A stretch of DNA of 64,000 bases from an uncultured Candidatus Saccharibacteria bacterium (GCA_964599405.1 CAZRED010000001.1:11528-75527); one strand, 5' to 3'; positions 36,109-46,052 are shown, numbered from the stretch's first letter. Notes: generated from the letters alone by a model not told the origin. Translations and numbers: made by a program.

Positions 36109-36180
36109 TGCGCCCACTTGGACTCGAACCAAGGGCCCCTTCCACGTCAAGGAAGTGCTCTACCGCTGAGCTATAGGCGC
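36109..36180 (-). tRNA. tRNA-Val(GAC)
   Basis: Reverse complement GCGCCTATAGCTCAGCGGTAGAGC; CTTCC-TTGACGT-GGAAG; GGTTCGAGTCC. Confidence 0.96.
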
Positions 36181-36350
36181 TGGCTGCGCTCGCACCTTCT
36201 TCAAATCGTAGATTTGAATATGAGCGCGCTAGGAAATATTATACCTGGATTAGCGTCCTCGATAAAGATTCTATTGATTTTTTCGTGGGCAGGAATATTG
36301 TCTAGGTAGAACCACTAGCTGCGGCACTGCTGCGGGTGGAGGCACTTAAC

Positions 36351-36920
36351 ATGAATAAAGCATACTTTTTCGTCGTCGTACTCGTTCTCATGCTTCTGTC
36401 TGGTTGTGGCGGAAACAAGGGAACAACCGGGAACCTGTTTAGTCCGTTCGCGGGCAAGTACAGCGGCACCCTCGACTGCACCATTACGGGAAGCCAAAGC
36501 CACCAAACCAGCATCCATAAGTTCGATTTCGTTCTCGAGATCGCCCTTCAACAAGGAGGCTGGGTAGTTGTCTACTCAAAAGTCATCTACCGGCCGACAG
36601 GTGAATTCGTTGAAGGGGTCTTCACGCAAGTGGACTTCGACGACGACATGGGTCCGCACCATGTTAAATACTTCTGGTTTGAGATGTTGAACCCACCAGG
36701 AAAATCCTTGCACGGCATTGACAAAATCTACCAGAACACCCAGCTCAACCAAGACCCCAACAACCCAGGCGGGCTACTTCTTGAGGACGGCACGTATGAA
36801 GGCCCAATCAGTGCTGACATGATCGGCAGCGAGCACGGAACCGGGCCGAACTTCCCACAAGGATCGGGCGGTGTCGTAGGCGCTGACTACCGGCTCGAGA
36901 TGCAAAAGGTTATGCCATAA
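36351..36920 (+). CDS. Putative lipoprotein (orphan)
   Basis: GGAGG ribosome-binding site; signal peptide ending in the lipobox LSGC. Confidence 0.7.
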   Translation: MNKAYFFVVVLVLMLLSGCGGNKGTTGNLFSPFAGKYSGTLDCTITGSQSHQTSIHKFDFVLEIALQQGGWVVVYSKVIYRPTGEFVEGVFTQVDFDDDMGPHHVKYFWFEMLNPPGKSLHGIDKIYQNTQLNQDPNNPGGLLLEDGTYEGPISADMIGSEHGTGPNFPQGSGGVVGADYRLEMQKVMP

Positions 36921-36983
36921 ACTGGCAAGATCGTTACATACAACGGGACCCTGAAATAATGGGTCCTTTTCTTTTTTTAATAA

Positions 36984-37640
36984 TTAGTTAACTGTTCCGA
37001 CAACGGTCCACTGGAGCGGCATCATCAGCCCCGTCCAATGAACCGTATCCGCTCCCCCGTTACCGTTAGGCTGCTCGTAGTAGCTAAACCCGTACGCTCC
37101 AGTCGTTGCGATGCAATCACCGAGAAAGTTTTCTAGCACCCCGAAGAAACAACTTGCAGCACCGCCCGAGTATCCTTGTGGGCCCTCAAAGTATACCGAG
37201 CTTGACGGAGCGCTTTTTAACATTATATCCAGTCCGGTGTTGGTATGAGAGCCATTAGTAAAACACATGTGACCAAGAAGCCAGAGTGACCGTTCATACC
37301 CGTTAGTTCTGCAGAATGGCTCTCCAAACTCCGAGTGATTCGTCAGCTTCGCCGAAGTCGGGTCCGGACCAGTCCAGGTTTCTGTAAAAGTCGGTCCGTT
37401 GGTAAAAGATCCGTTAACAACCCATTTATAGACACCAATCGCAATTGAGTTAGCACGAACGTTGGTGCTTCGATTACGCATTTCCAATTGGTAGAGCTCG
37501 GTTGCCTCCCAGTGTGTCGTGTATCCTCCTGTCACTTGAGCACCGGTTTTTGGCGGGGTTTGGCCAAGATTAAAGAAAGCCAACCCTGCTGCAGCTAAAA
37601 CCAGGCCGGCAACAGTTAGAAATACTTTTCCCCTCATCAT
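36984..37640 (-). CDS. Membrane-anchored or exported hypothetical protein
   Basis: N-terminal hydrophobic segment; start taken near MMRGK. Confidence 0.6.
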   Translation of the reverse strand: MMRGKVFLTVAGLVLAAAGLAFFNLGQTPPKTGAQVTGGYTTHWEATELYQLEMRNRSTNVRANSIAIGVYKWVVNGSFTNGPTFTETWTGPDPTSAKLTNHSEFGEPFCRTNGYERSLWLLGHMCFTNGSHTNTGLDIMLKSAPSSSVYFEGPQGYSGGAASCFFGVLENFLGDCIATTGAYGFSYYEQPNGNGGADTVHWTGLMMPLQWTVVGTVN

Positions 37641-37725
37641 TTTTACCAGCATCACTGTTTGGGAAAAATTTGTCAACAGCGGCTTTTTTCTCCCCGTTAA
37701 TTATCGTATAATTGCTAAAGTACTT

Positions 37726-37799
37726 GGTCCCATCGTCTAGTGGCCTAGGACGCCTGGTTTTCATCCAGGAAATCACGGGTTCGACTCCCGTTGGGACCG
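37726..37799 (+). tRNA. tRNA-Glu(TTC)
   Basis: GGTCCCA/TGGGACC acceptor; CCTGG-TTTTCAT-CCAGG; GGTTCGACTCC. Confidence 0.96.
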
Positions 37800-37978
37800 C
37801 TCGTCAAATATACCCGCATTTTTGCGGGTATATTTGGTGAACAGTGCCGGGATAGAACCCGTTTGCGTTAGCAAAACGGGTGCGACTGCGACTGAGTGAA
37901 GCGAAGGAGAAGCAGGCGGCCGAAGGCCGACTACTCCCGCTGGGACCGCCAACCTTCGCTGAAGCTACGGCTGGCGAG
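37800..37978 (+). repeat. tRNA-Glu-linked hairpin unit ending in a second copy of the tRNA 3' end
   Basis: ACTCCCGCTGGGACCGCCA at 37933-37951 matches 37784-37800; inverted T-arm-like copy near 37845-37862. Confidence 0.8.
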
Positions 37979-38017
37979 CAGATTGCAAGTACGGGTTAAC
38001 TTCGGCAAGATAAGAAT

Positions 38018-38704
38018 ATGAGGAGAGGCTTCACCCTTATCAGGCGAAAAGCGAAACGCAGAGCGTTTACGCTTATTGAAGTACTGACAACTATCGTCAT
38101 TTTCGGAATTCTAATTTCGATTACCGGCTACGTTTACGGTGTGTCATTGGCCCGCTCCCGGGATAATCAACGGCTAGTTGACGTGGCGACGATCAAAAAC
38201 GCCCTGGAGCAGTACTACTTAGACGAACGCTCCTACCCGCAAAATAGTTTTTATACAAACCCAGGCCGGCCATGGGTGGCAAAATACGAATTGGAACGCT
38301 ACAAAACCGATGGTTGCGACAATGTAGACCCAGGCAAGACTAAATACTTGGCGCCCACCTACATAACTTCGTTACCGGAAGACCCTCGCTACCAAATGGT
38401 GTTGAATACTTCGTGCGACCTGGCTACCCCGCCCACCCCCGTCGGCTACGGACAGTATCTCTATGTCAGTCTGGTTGCAGACGAAACAGAGCTCAAACCC
38501 AAAGAATACTACCTGATGGCGCGGCTAGAACGGGTTACTCATGTTTCCGATGAGATACCGACGGTTGGCAACATATATGACTTCACTCTTAATGAAATAT
38601 TCCCGACAAATAACCCCTGGGGATACAATTACTGCGCCGGTGTTGATTCAACTGTTGCCACCTGTAGCTACAATTACTACGTGAAGAATAGTAATAATGA
38701 CTAA
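38018..38704 (+). CDS. Type IV pilin / T2SS pseudopilin (GspG-like)
   Basis: AFTLIEVL N-methylation motif; RDNQR...IKNALEQYY...YP and LPEDP. Confidence 0.9.
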   Translation: MRRGFTLIRRKAKRRAFTLIEVLTTIVIFGILISITGYVYGVSLARSRDNQRLVDVATIKNALEQYYLDERSYPQNSFYTNPGRPWVAKYELERYKTDGCDNVDPGKTKYLAPTYITSLPEDPRYQMVLNTSCDLATPPTPVGYGQYLYVSLVADETELKPKEYYLMARLERVTHVSDEIPTVGNIYDFTLNEIFPTNNPWGYNYCAGVDSTVATCSYNYYVKNSNND

Positions 38705-38724
38705 CCCTTCGACTACGCTCAGGG
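38705..38724. repeat. Palindromic repeat copy between convergent genes
   Basis: CCCTTCGACTACGCTCAGGG. Confidence 0.75.
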
Positions 38725-38731
38725 CAAGCGA

Positions 38732-40249
38732 CTAGTTTTCGCTATCGCGCTTAATTCCCGATTCTACAGCGATCTTCTTGGTGACATTAAATACGGTAAA
38801 TGGTTTATTCATTAGTAGCCGGGTTTGCGAATCGATGGCCGGTACGGCTGAAAAGAAAATGCCGCTGATTGGCAAAATAATCGGTGCCAAAAGCCATTCT
38901 TTCACCATCGTCAATAGGTAAACCGACTGGCTGCCCGGACGCGGTGGAACTAGCAGGGTAGCCACTAACATATTGGCGATCATGCCGAGCCAAGCGGTGT
39001 AGAAAAACGTCCGGTAGACAATCGGAAAGCTGTAACCGGTGACCGAGTCGCGAAAGACCGGGTCAATAAGGATCGGCAACCAACCAATCAATAGCACGAA
39101 CGACTGGGTGGAAAGAGAGTAGTGCGACTCAAACAGGCGCAGGAACTGCAGCCACTTGTAGAAAAAGGGGATTTTACCGTTGCCGTAGGAGTGCTCAAAG
39201 ACAAACGGCACGTCCGAAACCCCCCAAAACCAGCGGCGACGCTGGAGATACTGCTCGCGAAAAGTATCAAGCAGATTGTCGCCCTGGACGGCATCCATGT
39301 AGACCGGCACGAAAATCGGCACGACGTGGTGATTACCATCAAACTTAAAGTACGACCGCCAATACTGGTGGCCATCCTCAACGATAGTAGTGACCGACCA
39401 AAAATCCGTTTCTACTAACGCTGCCAGGCTTTGAGCGTGAGCCGAGAAATTGCGCGAATAGTGCGGCCGCATCGCTTGGATGATCTGCCAAAAGCTTGAG
39501 CCCATGGCGGTTAGTTTCACTGGCAACGGAACCTTCCAGATGTTGTTGAAAAACATCGGGATCGGCTGGAAACTTTTGTGAACTGGATCGGGAGTGCGCA
39601 GATAATTCCAGGTGAGATTAGCAAAATAATCGCGGTCAACCCGGTTGTCAGCGTCCAGGGTGGTAACAATCACGTCTTCATACGGAATCACCTGCTTGTC
39701 GATATATTGCAGCGACTGCCGGCCGGCCCAGGTAATGTTTGGCCCTTTGCCGCGGACTTCGCCGGGAATATCGGTCGGGTGATAGGTGACTAAAAAGCCG
39801 CCGAAAGAATTAACGTACTCTTCTTCCAAAATTGGGCCGTATTTTGGCGCCAGCTCCTTGTCGCGCGCCTCGAACGCTACCACGACAATTAATTTGTTTT
39901 TCGGGTAGTTGCTTAAGTGAATAGCGTCCAGGGTGTGACGAATTATCGAAATATCCTCTTTGTAGCTGGGGACAATTGCTAGGTGGTAGAAACGGCTATG
40001 CTCGTCGGGAAATTCCTGACTCAAACGTGAAAACCAATCAATTTCCCGGGCTTGGCGGTAGCGTAAAAAACCCCCGACCAAAAAGTAGGTAATAATAAAC
40101 ACCCGGACTAACCAGTAAATGGCAAATAGCAGCACAATCAGCGTCAACAGTTCGGGATTAACCACTGCCAGAGTGATTAAAAAAACAAAAGTTCCCCAGG
40201 TGGCCAAGCCCGGAATAATTTCCCACAACCGCACTAAAGAAGGCTTCAT
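38732..40249 (-). CDS. GT2 family membrane glycosyltransferase
   Basis: PSYKE, GKGPN, TLDAD, VED and QRRRWFWG motifs; TM helices. Confidence 0.9.
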   Translation of the reverse strand: MKPSLVRLWEIIPGLATWGTFVFLITLAVVNPELLTLIVLLFAIYWLVRVFIITYFLVGGFLRYRQAREIDWFSRLSQEFPDEHSRFYHLAIVPSYKEDISIIRHTLDAIHLSNYPKNKLIVVVAFEARDKELAPKYGPILEEEYVNSFGGFLVTYHPTDIPGEVRGKGPNITWAGRQSLQYIDKQVIPYEDVIVTTLDADNRVDRDYFANLTWNYLRTPDPVHKSFQPIPMFFNNIWKVPLPVKLTAMGSSFWQIIQAMRPHYSRNFSAHAQSLAALVETDFWSVTTIVEDGHQYWRSYFKFDGNHHVVPIFVPVYMDAVQGDNLLDTFREQYLQRRRWFWGVSDVPFVFEHSYGNGKIPFFYKWLQFLRLFESHYSLSTQSFVLLIGWLPILIDPVFRDSVTGYSFPIVYRTFFYTAWLGMIANMLVATLLVPPRPGSQSVYLLTMVKEWLLAPIILPISGIFFSAVPAIDSQTRLLMNKPFTVFNVTKKIAVESGIKRDSEN

Positions 40250-40549
40250 CTAGACTAGGATACTAATTGACGAAAAGTAATAATAGCCAAAGGTCACGGC
40301 ATTAAGGATGGTCATGACGGCCAAAATCGCCGTCACTAGCCGAGTAATCCCCCCGCGCAGCGAAAAAAGTATTGCTGAATTAATCAGCATTAAGACCGCG
40401 ACCATCAGGTAAGTCCCCCATTCCCCCTTGCTGGAAATCACAAACAGACCAATCAACAGGAAAAGGCCCAGGTTAAACAGCCAGAATCGGAAATTACGCT
40501 GATCAAGTCCAAAATTGCCGCGCCAAGCCAGAAGAAATCGCTGCCACAT
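40250..40549 (-). CDS. Small membrane protein (3 TM)
   Basis: Start trimmed to MWQRF; abuts the GT2 start. Confidence 0.6.
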   Translation of the reverse strand: MWQRFLLAWRGNFGLDQRNFRFWLFNLGLFLLIGLFVISSKGEWGTYLMVAVLMLINSAILFSLRGGITRLVTAILAVMTILNAVTFGYYYFSSISILV

Positions 40550-40658
40550 TGACCCGATTGTAGCGGGTTTCAACCTGGGAAAACAGAGGGGGTAATTGAC
40601 TTTCGAACGAAAAAGGGATAGTATTTGAAGTCGCTGGAATCCTCCGGCAGGGAAAGTC

Positions 40659-41015
40659 ATGGAGGAATTGATCATTTTACAGATTGTTTGTTTCGCCAAC
40701 CGCTCACCAGAAGCAATTGTTGATACGCTAAGGTATTTTGCCGAAGCACCCAACAATAAAGAAATGGAAGATCTTTACGCCGGGTTGGGGGAAAGATTGA
40801 AGGATCATCAGACGATGCCAACCTCAAGCTTTGCCACAATTCTTCGCGAAGAAATCACCTCCTTCGTTGAGAAGTCACCGCGCGATCGTCGCTACGCTGA
40901 AGAAACTCTTACGGAAGCGATAGTCCGCGCGCTTATTGGCAACGGCCCGGAGCACGACCAGACTCTCGAGTTTTTTCGGAAAGTTAAGCCGAGGGAGTTA
41001 ACCTCTTGCAACTGA
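40659..41015 (+). CDS. Hypothetical protein (orphan)
   Basis: Own TTGACT promoter and terminator at 41029-41057. Confidence 0.55.
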   Translation: MEELIILQIVCFANRSPEAIVDTLRYFAEAPNNKEMEDLYAGLGERLKDHQTMPTSSFATILREEITSFVEKSPRDRRYAEETLTEAIVRALIGNGPEHDQTLEFFRKVKPRELTSCN

Positions 41016-41056
41016 CCAACTTTTGTCCGCGCCCAGGTTTTCAACCTGGGCGCTTT

Positions 41057-43114
41057 TCAATTACTTTGAAAATATTTTTGTAAGCGACGGCCGCGGATAA
41101 TTAGGGCGCCGGCCAGCAGACCGGCGGCAAACACCAGGCTGTCAGGCAATGACTGATTACTTTGGACACCGGCTACTTTTGTGGAGTCGGTAACTTTTGT
41201 CGCATCAATAGGACGCGACGCGCTCGGAACAGCTGAAGCGACTGGAGCGACATTGCTCGAGCTAACCGATGTACCGCCAGACGATTTAGCGCTTGTGGTT
41301 TTGGCAACGGTTTCAGTTTCTTCGTCCGTTTTTGGCGCGGCCGTAATTAATTTGGCCGTGCCGCCGGCAAACCACGCCTCTACTTGGTCGGTCGAAGAGT
41401 TATCGTCAACCACTGTTCGAACTAAAATGACGTCGCCATTTTGGAATTGGGTTTTTATCCCGTCGAAATGCAGTTTGATCGATCCACTAGAATCGGTGAG
41501 CGTACCGGAGTCGGTGGCCAGTGCAGAAAGGCTGCCGCGCACCAGCGCTGTTTGGCCACGACGATTTTTTGCTTGGGTAATAGCATATTCTTTATCAGTT
41601 ACCGCCGCCGGCGCACCTACAATTATCGTGTTAGCGGCGTCCAGCAGGATTCGCCCAACGGCGCTAGAGCTAATTTTGCCGATGGCCGAAGCGGTCGAAA
41701 AAGTTGTTAACGAATACTCGCCTTTGGATTGGCTTAAAAATAGTTGGATGCCGGCCAAGCCTTCTTCCAAGTAAACTATCTCATCGCCAGCCAGGCCTGG
41801 TAAAACTGTCACGGTTCCCTCTACTTCCACGGCAGTGTTCTCCGGCAAGGCTCGGGCTTCGCCGATGGTCACCAAATGGGTAGCAGCCGTGGGCATAGTA
41901 ACGCGCTGCCAGCTGCGATAGTCGGCAGAGCGATAAACATTCGGGTTGTTTGAAGAATTGCGCAGCACCAGCAGCAAGCCTTGTGGCGTGTCAGCAAAGG
42001 TTTTAATGCGCGAGCTGACCGCCCAGGAGCTGTCCATTTCGCTAAACACCCCGGGGACGCCTTCGTAGAAAGCGCCGCTGCCTTCCGGTAAGTAGGCAAT
42101 TAACCCACTCGCTGAAGAATGTAGCTGATACGTCCCCGTAAGATTGGTTTCAGTCCAGCTGGTAAACGATTTCGAATAGTAAACTTTTGACGCAGTCTGC
42201 AGTATGACTTTTTTATTCTCGTCGGTGCTGTGTAGTACCCCTGGCTCGGGCAAGGCCGCAATTTCCACGTTGGATAGCCGCCAAGCTACTTCAAAAAGCC
42301 CAGTCGCTTTGCGGTAAAAAAGTCGGTCCCCAACTACTTCCAGGGTATCGCCGGGTTGCCAGTCGGAAAATGTGAGGGCGGTGAGCGCTCCGTCATAAAG
42401 ATAAAAATCGCTAGTGGCGCTGGACTGCCACAGCCGCAGCTGCTCGCTGCCGGAGAGATAGTTAACGGCGTTTAATATTTCTACAAACGCCCCGTTTTGG
42501 TAGCGCCAGACAGTATTGTCGCACTGGATTAGTAGCTCCGGCGTTCGGTACTGGGCAGCGGTAGCGCAGCTAAGGCTCCAGCGCGGCGAGGTGGTGGACG
42601 AGCTCAAAAGGTATATGTCAATGCGGCCGTTAGCGATGACGGAAAAAATAACCCCGAGATTTGTTTGGGCAAAGTATTCTTGCGGGTTGGCATAGGGATG
42701 ACTTGGCAAGTTAAAGACGGTTTGGCCAGTACCAGTGAAAAGAACGGCTTGGTCGGTGGTTGCCCCAATTAGCACATTATCAAGCCGCGCCAGGGCGATT
42801 GGTTGCTGGCTGGAAAAACGATCAACAAATCGCAAACCGTCCACAGACGAAATAATTCGGTAGTCGTTGATGCCTATTTCGACGACGTAATAAATTGTGT
42901 CAGCCAACTTTTCGGCAGCACTCACTAATGACTGTTGATGAACCGAGCGCTGCCAAATACCGGGAATGGTTCGGTAGCGAAAAAGTGCTAAATCATCGTC
43001 GACAACTGTGTTGCTGTTAAGGCTGAAAATTGACGAGGCAAAGGCACTGGATAAGGGCAGGAGTAGTAAGGCAACAAGAACGGGGAGTAACTTAAGGAAG
43101 TTTTTTGTCTTCAT
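41057..43114 (-). CDS. Large exported protein with OB-fold-like C-terminal domains and membrane anchor
   Basis: Signal peptide; IGEARAL...VEVEGTVTV and LTDSSGSI segments; TM helix followed by RGRR. Confidence 0.7.
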   Translation of the reverse strand: MKTKNFLKLLPVLVALLLLPLSSAFASSIFSLNSNTVVDDDLALFRYRTIPGIWQRSVHQQSLVSAAEKLADTIYYVVEIGINDYRIISSVDGLRFVDRFSSQQPIALARLDNVLIGATTDQAVLFTGTGQTVFNLPSHPYANPQEYFAQTNLGVIFSVIANGRIDIYLLSSSTTSPRWSLSCATAAQYRTPELLIQCDNTVWRYQNGAFVEILNAVNYLSGSEQLRLWQSSATSDFYLYDGALTALTFSDWQPGDTLEVVGDRLFYRKATGLFEVAWRLSNVEIAALPEPGVLHSTDENKKVILQTASKVYYSKSFTSWTETNLTGTYQLHSSASGLIAYLPEGSGAFYEGVPGVFSEMDSSWAVSSRIKTFADTPQGLLLVLRNSSNNPNVYRSADYRSWQRVTMPTAATHLVTIGEARALPENTAVEVEGTVTVLPGLAGDEIVYLEEGLAGIQLFLSQSKGEYSLTTFSTASAIGKISSSAVGRILLDAANTIIVGAPAAVTDKEYAITQAKNRRGQTALVRGSLSALATDSGTLTDSSGSIKLHFDGIKTQFQNGDVILVRTVVDDNSSTDQVEAWFAGGTAKLITAAPKTDEETETVAKTTSAKSSGGTSVSSSNVAPVASAVPSASRPIDATKVTDSTKVAGVQSNQSLPDSLVFAAGLLAGALIIRGRRLQKYFQSN

Positions 43115-43691
43115 TCTCGCGATGCAAGTCCAAAATCAGCCGAGCGATGCGGTTGGGGTCGGGCACATCAACAATGGTGAAATAGCCCTGTTTCCCGGGC
43201 TTGTGCGGGTCGTCGCTGGTGCCACCGCCAGCCGTTTCCACTACCAGCACGCCGTAATCAAAGATGCTTCGTAAGAAACCGGCAACATCAGCCGAAACGT
43301 TTTGAACTTGGTTTAAAGATAGCTCTGATGTTTTACGAGCCAGTAAGCCTTCTTGATCAACATTAATAATTCGCTCGGTGGTGATGAAAATAATGTCGTA
43401 GTAAAAATTTATCCAGGCCCCAAACAGAAATGTCAGCAGGAAAACAATATAGCCGGAAAAAAGTACAACAATTAGGCCCCGGAACTGGTCGATAGAGGCG
43501 GTGAAGGCAATATTTAGGCCAAATAGCAAAAACAGCGGCACTAAACCCATGGCCAACACAATCCCAATCATCGGTAGAAAGCCGGCCCAATGGTGGCGAA
43601 TAATCATCTTAATCTCCTCTTTTTCGTGAAGATCCAGATACAGAAACGCTGGGTCGTTGTGGTCTATATTGGTTTGGATAAGGTGTGGCAT
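43092..43691 (-). CDS. Bacterial PH-domain (bPH_2-like) membrane protein
   Basis: IRHHW; two TM helices; ITTERIINVDQEGL and FDYGVLVVETAG. Confidence 0.8.
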   Translation of the reverse strand: MPHLIQTNIDHNDPAFLYLDLHEKEEIKMIIRHHWAGFLPMIGIVLAMGLVPLFLLFGLNIAFTASIDQFRGLIVVLFSGYIVFLLTFLFGAWINFYYDIIFITTERIINVDQEGLLARKTSELSLNQVQNVSADVAGFLRSIFDYGVLVVETAGGGTSDDPHKPGKQGYFTIVDVPDPNRIARLILDLHRENEDKKLP

Positions 43692-43882
43692 TAGAGAATT
43701 AGCAAGCTACTTACTACTAAAGTGCCAGCGATTAGCAGGATATGAAACGCCAATATGCCCAACGAGGCGTCGCCCGGCAAGCGGTACTTAAAGACCTGAA
43801 AAAAGTAGAGGAGGTTGATAACGAGCATGATAAACAGAAAGACGGCGTAACCGATTAAGACTGCGTTGGGGACGGTCATCAC
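43691..43882 (-). CDS. Small 2-TM membrane protein
   Basis: Tightly coupled to both neighbours. Confidence 0.6.
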   Translation of the reverse strand: MMTVPNAVLIGYAVFLFIMLVINLLYFFQVFKYRLPGDASLGILAFHILLIAGTLVVSSLLIL

Positions 43883-43883
43883 T

Positions 43884-45092
43884 TTAGCGAATTATTTTCA
43901 TTGATCGGACGTTACCAAGTGCGTAGCTTCGTCCAGGACCCAGTGGATCGTGCATAAAGTACTTGCCACCTGCTCGACCATATATCACGACAAAGTGATG
44001 GGAGCCGTCCTGATTCCATGGAGCACCAAGACTTGGTATGTAGATGCTGGCGATAATGGGGTGCCCCAAATCAACTTCAGAGTTAACCCTTGACCAGTTA
44101 ACGGGACTGGTGGAAACCGAAGATAAGCCGGTGGGAAGCGGCGGCTGTTTGATTAAAAAACCATTCGAGCTGAAGTTATCGGATGAGTATTGGGCGATGT
44201 CTAACGGCGTCACCCTAGTGCCGTGATAGGTTGAAACCATAGCATATGAGGTAATTAAGCAGCCATATTTAGCAATCGTGCAGTCGTAGCAATTCGGGTT
44301 TGGTTGAACGTAATATTGCGGGTAATCGAGTTGTCGGTAATACCAGCTTGGGTCTTGTACGGACACGATGTCACTACCCCAAGATGCTTGTGCGATCAAT
44401 AAACTTAGTCGCTTCTCTACGTCGGCTATTTTACTTTGGATTTCTGCGCTTAGGTTAGCGTAGCTAGCCGCATCCCTTTTTGCACCAGCAAGTAAGTATG
44501 ATTGTTGAGATTTTTTTGTTGCCAGAGAGGATCGTTCTTCTTCTAGCCCAGCAATAAGCTCTTCTAGGCTCTTTCTTTGCTGCTCTTGGTCGGTTTTAGA
44601 TTGTTGCAAATTACCAATTTCTTTTTGAAGTTGGGTTTGAATTGCTTGGATATATTGCGCTCTGGTGATTGTGTCATTCAACGATGTCTGCAGTATTGTC
44701 TCGCTTGTTGATGCGCGGGAGAGTTCGTACAGGCCGACGTATGCGGAAGATAGTTTTGCTTCAAGCCCGGAAATATCAGAAGAAAGTTGCTGCAATATGG
44801 CGTTAGTAATGGTTATTTGCTGTTCGGTATTATCAATTCTGCCTTCTGTATAGCTGATATCTGATTGGATATCACTGATTAGACCTTGAATATTCTGAGC
44901 CTGTTTCTTACTGGCGTCACGCCTAGCTTCAGCATCTTGTCTTTGCTTTTTTAGATTTAGTAGCTCAGCGTTACAGGTAGAGGTAGAGTTGCACGATTTA
45001 GTATTTTGTGGACTTATAAAAAGTCCCCCTAGCAGTAGCGCAAAGGCTAGAATCACTACAATAGACATGTGCATTGTTTTCTCCCTCACCAT
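43884..45092 (-). CDS. Secreted coiled-coil protein with C-terminal C39-like peptidase domain (putative FtsEX partner)
   Basis: PcsB/CwlO-like coiled coil; YYRQ, GCLITSYAM, HFVVI and HDP motifs. Confidence 0.82.
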   Translation of the reverse strand: MVREKTMHMSIVVILAFALLLGGLFISPQNTKSCNSTSTCNAELLNLKKQRQDAEARRDASKKQAQNIQGLISDIQSDISYTEGRIDNTEQQITITNAILQQLSSDISGLEAKLSSAYVGLYELSRASTSETILQTSLNDTITRAQYIQAIQTQLQKEIGNLQQSKTDQEQQRKSLEELIAGLEEERSSLATKKSQQSYLLAGAKRDAASYANLSAEIQSKIADVEKRLSLLIAQASWGSDIVSVQDPSWYYRQLDYPQYYVQPNPNCYDCTIAKYGCLITSYAMVSTYHGTRVTPLDIAQYSSDNFSSNGFLIKQPPLPTGLSSVSTSPVNWSRVNSEVDLGHPIIASIYIPSLGAPWNQDGSHHFVVIYGRAGGKYFMHDPLGPGRSYALGNVRSMKIIR

Positions 45093-45119
45093 CGAAAAAA
45101 TAATAACAGATTTCGCTTC

Positions 45120-46052
45120 TTATGCACGCAGATATTTTCTAATTGACATTGTGCTAACTAAAATCCCCAAGCCCAAACCAATAACCAGCTGTACCGTTAT
45201 CAGTACTGGTAGGTGGGCAGCAACATAGCTAAACATATCGGTGCCAATTAATGCAAATGCGCCACCAATACTTCCTCCGGCATTAGTTAAAGAAAATATT
45301 TTTGTAACCAACGGCAATGCCAGAGTCGTAATGAAAGTTGCAAAAAACCCATACAGTATCCCCTCAACAATGAATGGCCCCCTAACAAACGAGTTAGAGG
45401 CTCCAACGAAGCGCATTACCTCTATTTCATCCGAACGTGCTGTTATGGTAATTCGGATAATGTTGAAAATGTTGAAGAGGGCGATAATCCCGAAGAATAT
45501 ACTAAGCAACCATCCGGCTTGCTGAAAAGCTTTCGTACCACTAATTATACGATCAATTATTTCCTGATTTCTTTTTAGCGAGAAACAATCATTACAGATA
45601 ATTTTTTCGGAATCCGCCACAACAATTTCCCCCTGTAGTTGCTCCAATCTCTCGACATCGGCTGTTTTTATTTCCAAACTTCGAGGCAATGGATTGAACT
45701 CGGCCGTAATTGGTTCTTTAATATTTTCGTCAATAGGAAATTGCCCGAAAATTTCACGAGCTTTATCTTTACTAACAAAATCGATACTTTGCACGCCGCT
45801 AATATTTTTTATCCTATCGGACAGTGTAGTAATTTTATCATCGGGTACGGCATCGTCACGAAAATAAATTGTTAGACTGATTTTATCTCTAATAACTAAG
45901 GTCGCATCACTAACTACATAGGTGACTAGCAACGAAAAGCTAATCATCATAAGTGTTAAGGTCATAAGTAAGGTTGCTCCGAAGGTTAACCAGCGGTTTC
46001 GCCAAAAGTTGTTTAGACCTAATTTCACTATTCTTAGAAATTGTTCCGACAT
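45120..46052 (-). CDS. ftsX: Cell division permease FtsX
   Basis: FWRN, NPLP, RSDEIEVMRFVGA and PFIVEG motifs; follows ftsE. Confidence 0.93.
   Translation of the reverse strand: MSEQFLRIVKLGLNNFWRNRWLTFGATLLMTLTLMMISFSLLVTYVVSDATLVIRDKISLTIYFRDDAVPDDKITTLSDRIKNISGVQSIDFVSKDKAREIFGQFPIDENIKEPITAEFNPLPRSLEIKTADVERLEQLQGEIVVADSEKIICNDCFSLKRNQEIIDRIISGTKAFQQAGWLLSIFFGIIALFNIFNIIRITITARSDEIEVMRFVGASNSFVRGPFIVEGILYGFFATFITTLALPLVTKIFSLTNAGGSIGGAFALIGTDMFSYVAAHLPVLITVQLVIGLGLGILVSTMSIRKYLRA

Noticed and set aside
30614-38017. Prophage or integrative element between tmRNA and tRNA-Glu
   Set aside because: No integrase, transposase or phage genes, and no long att pair spanning the region.
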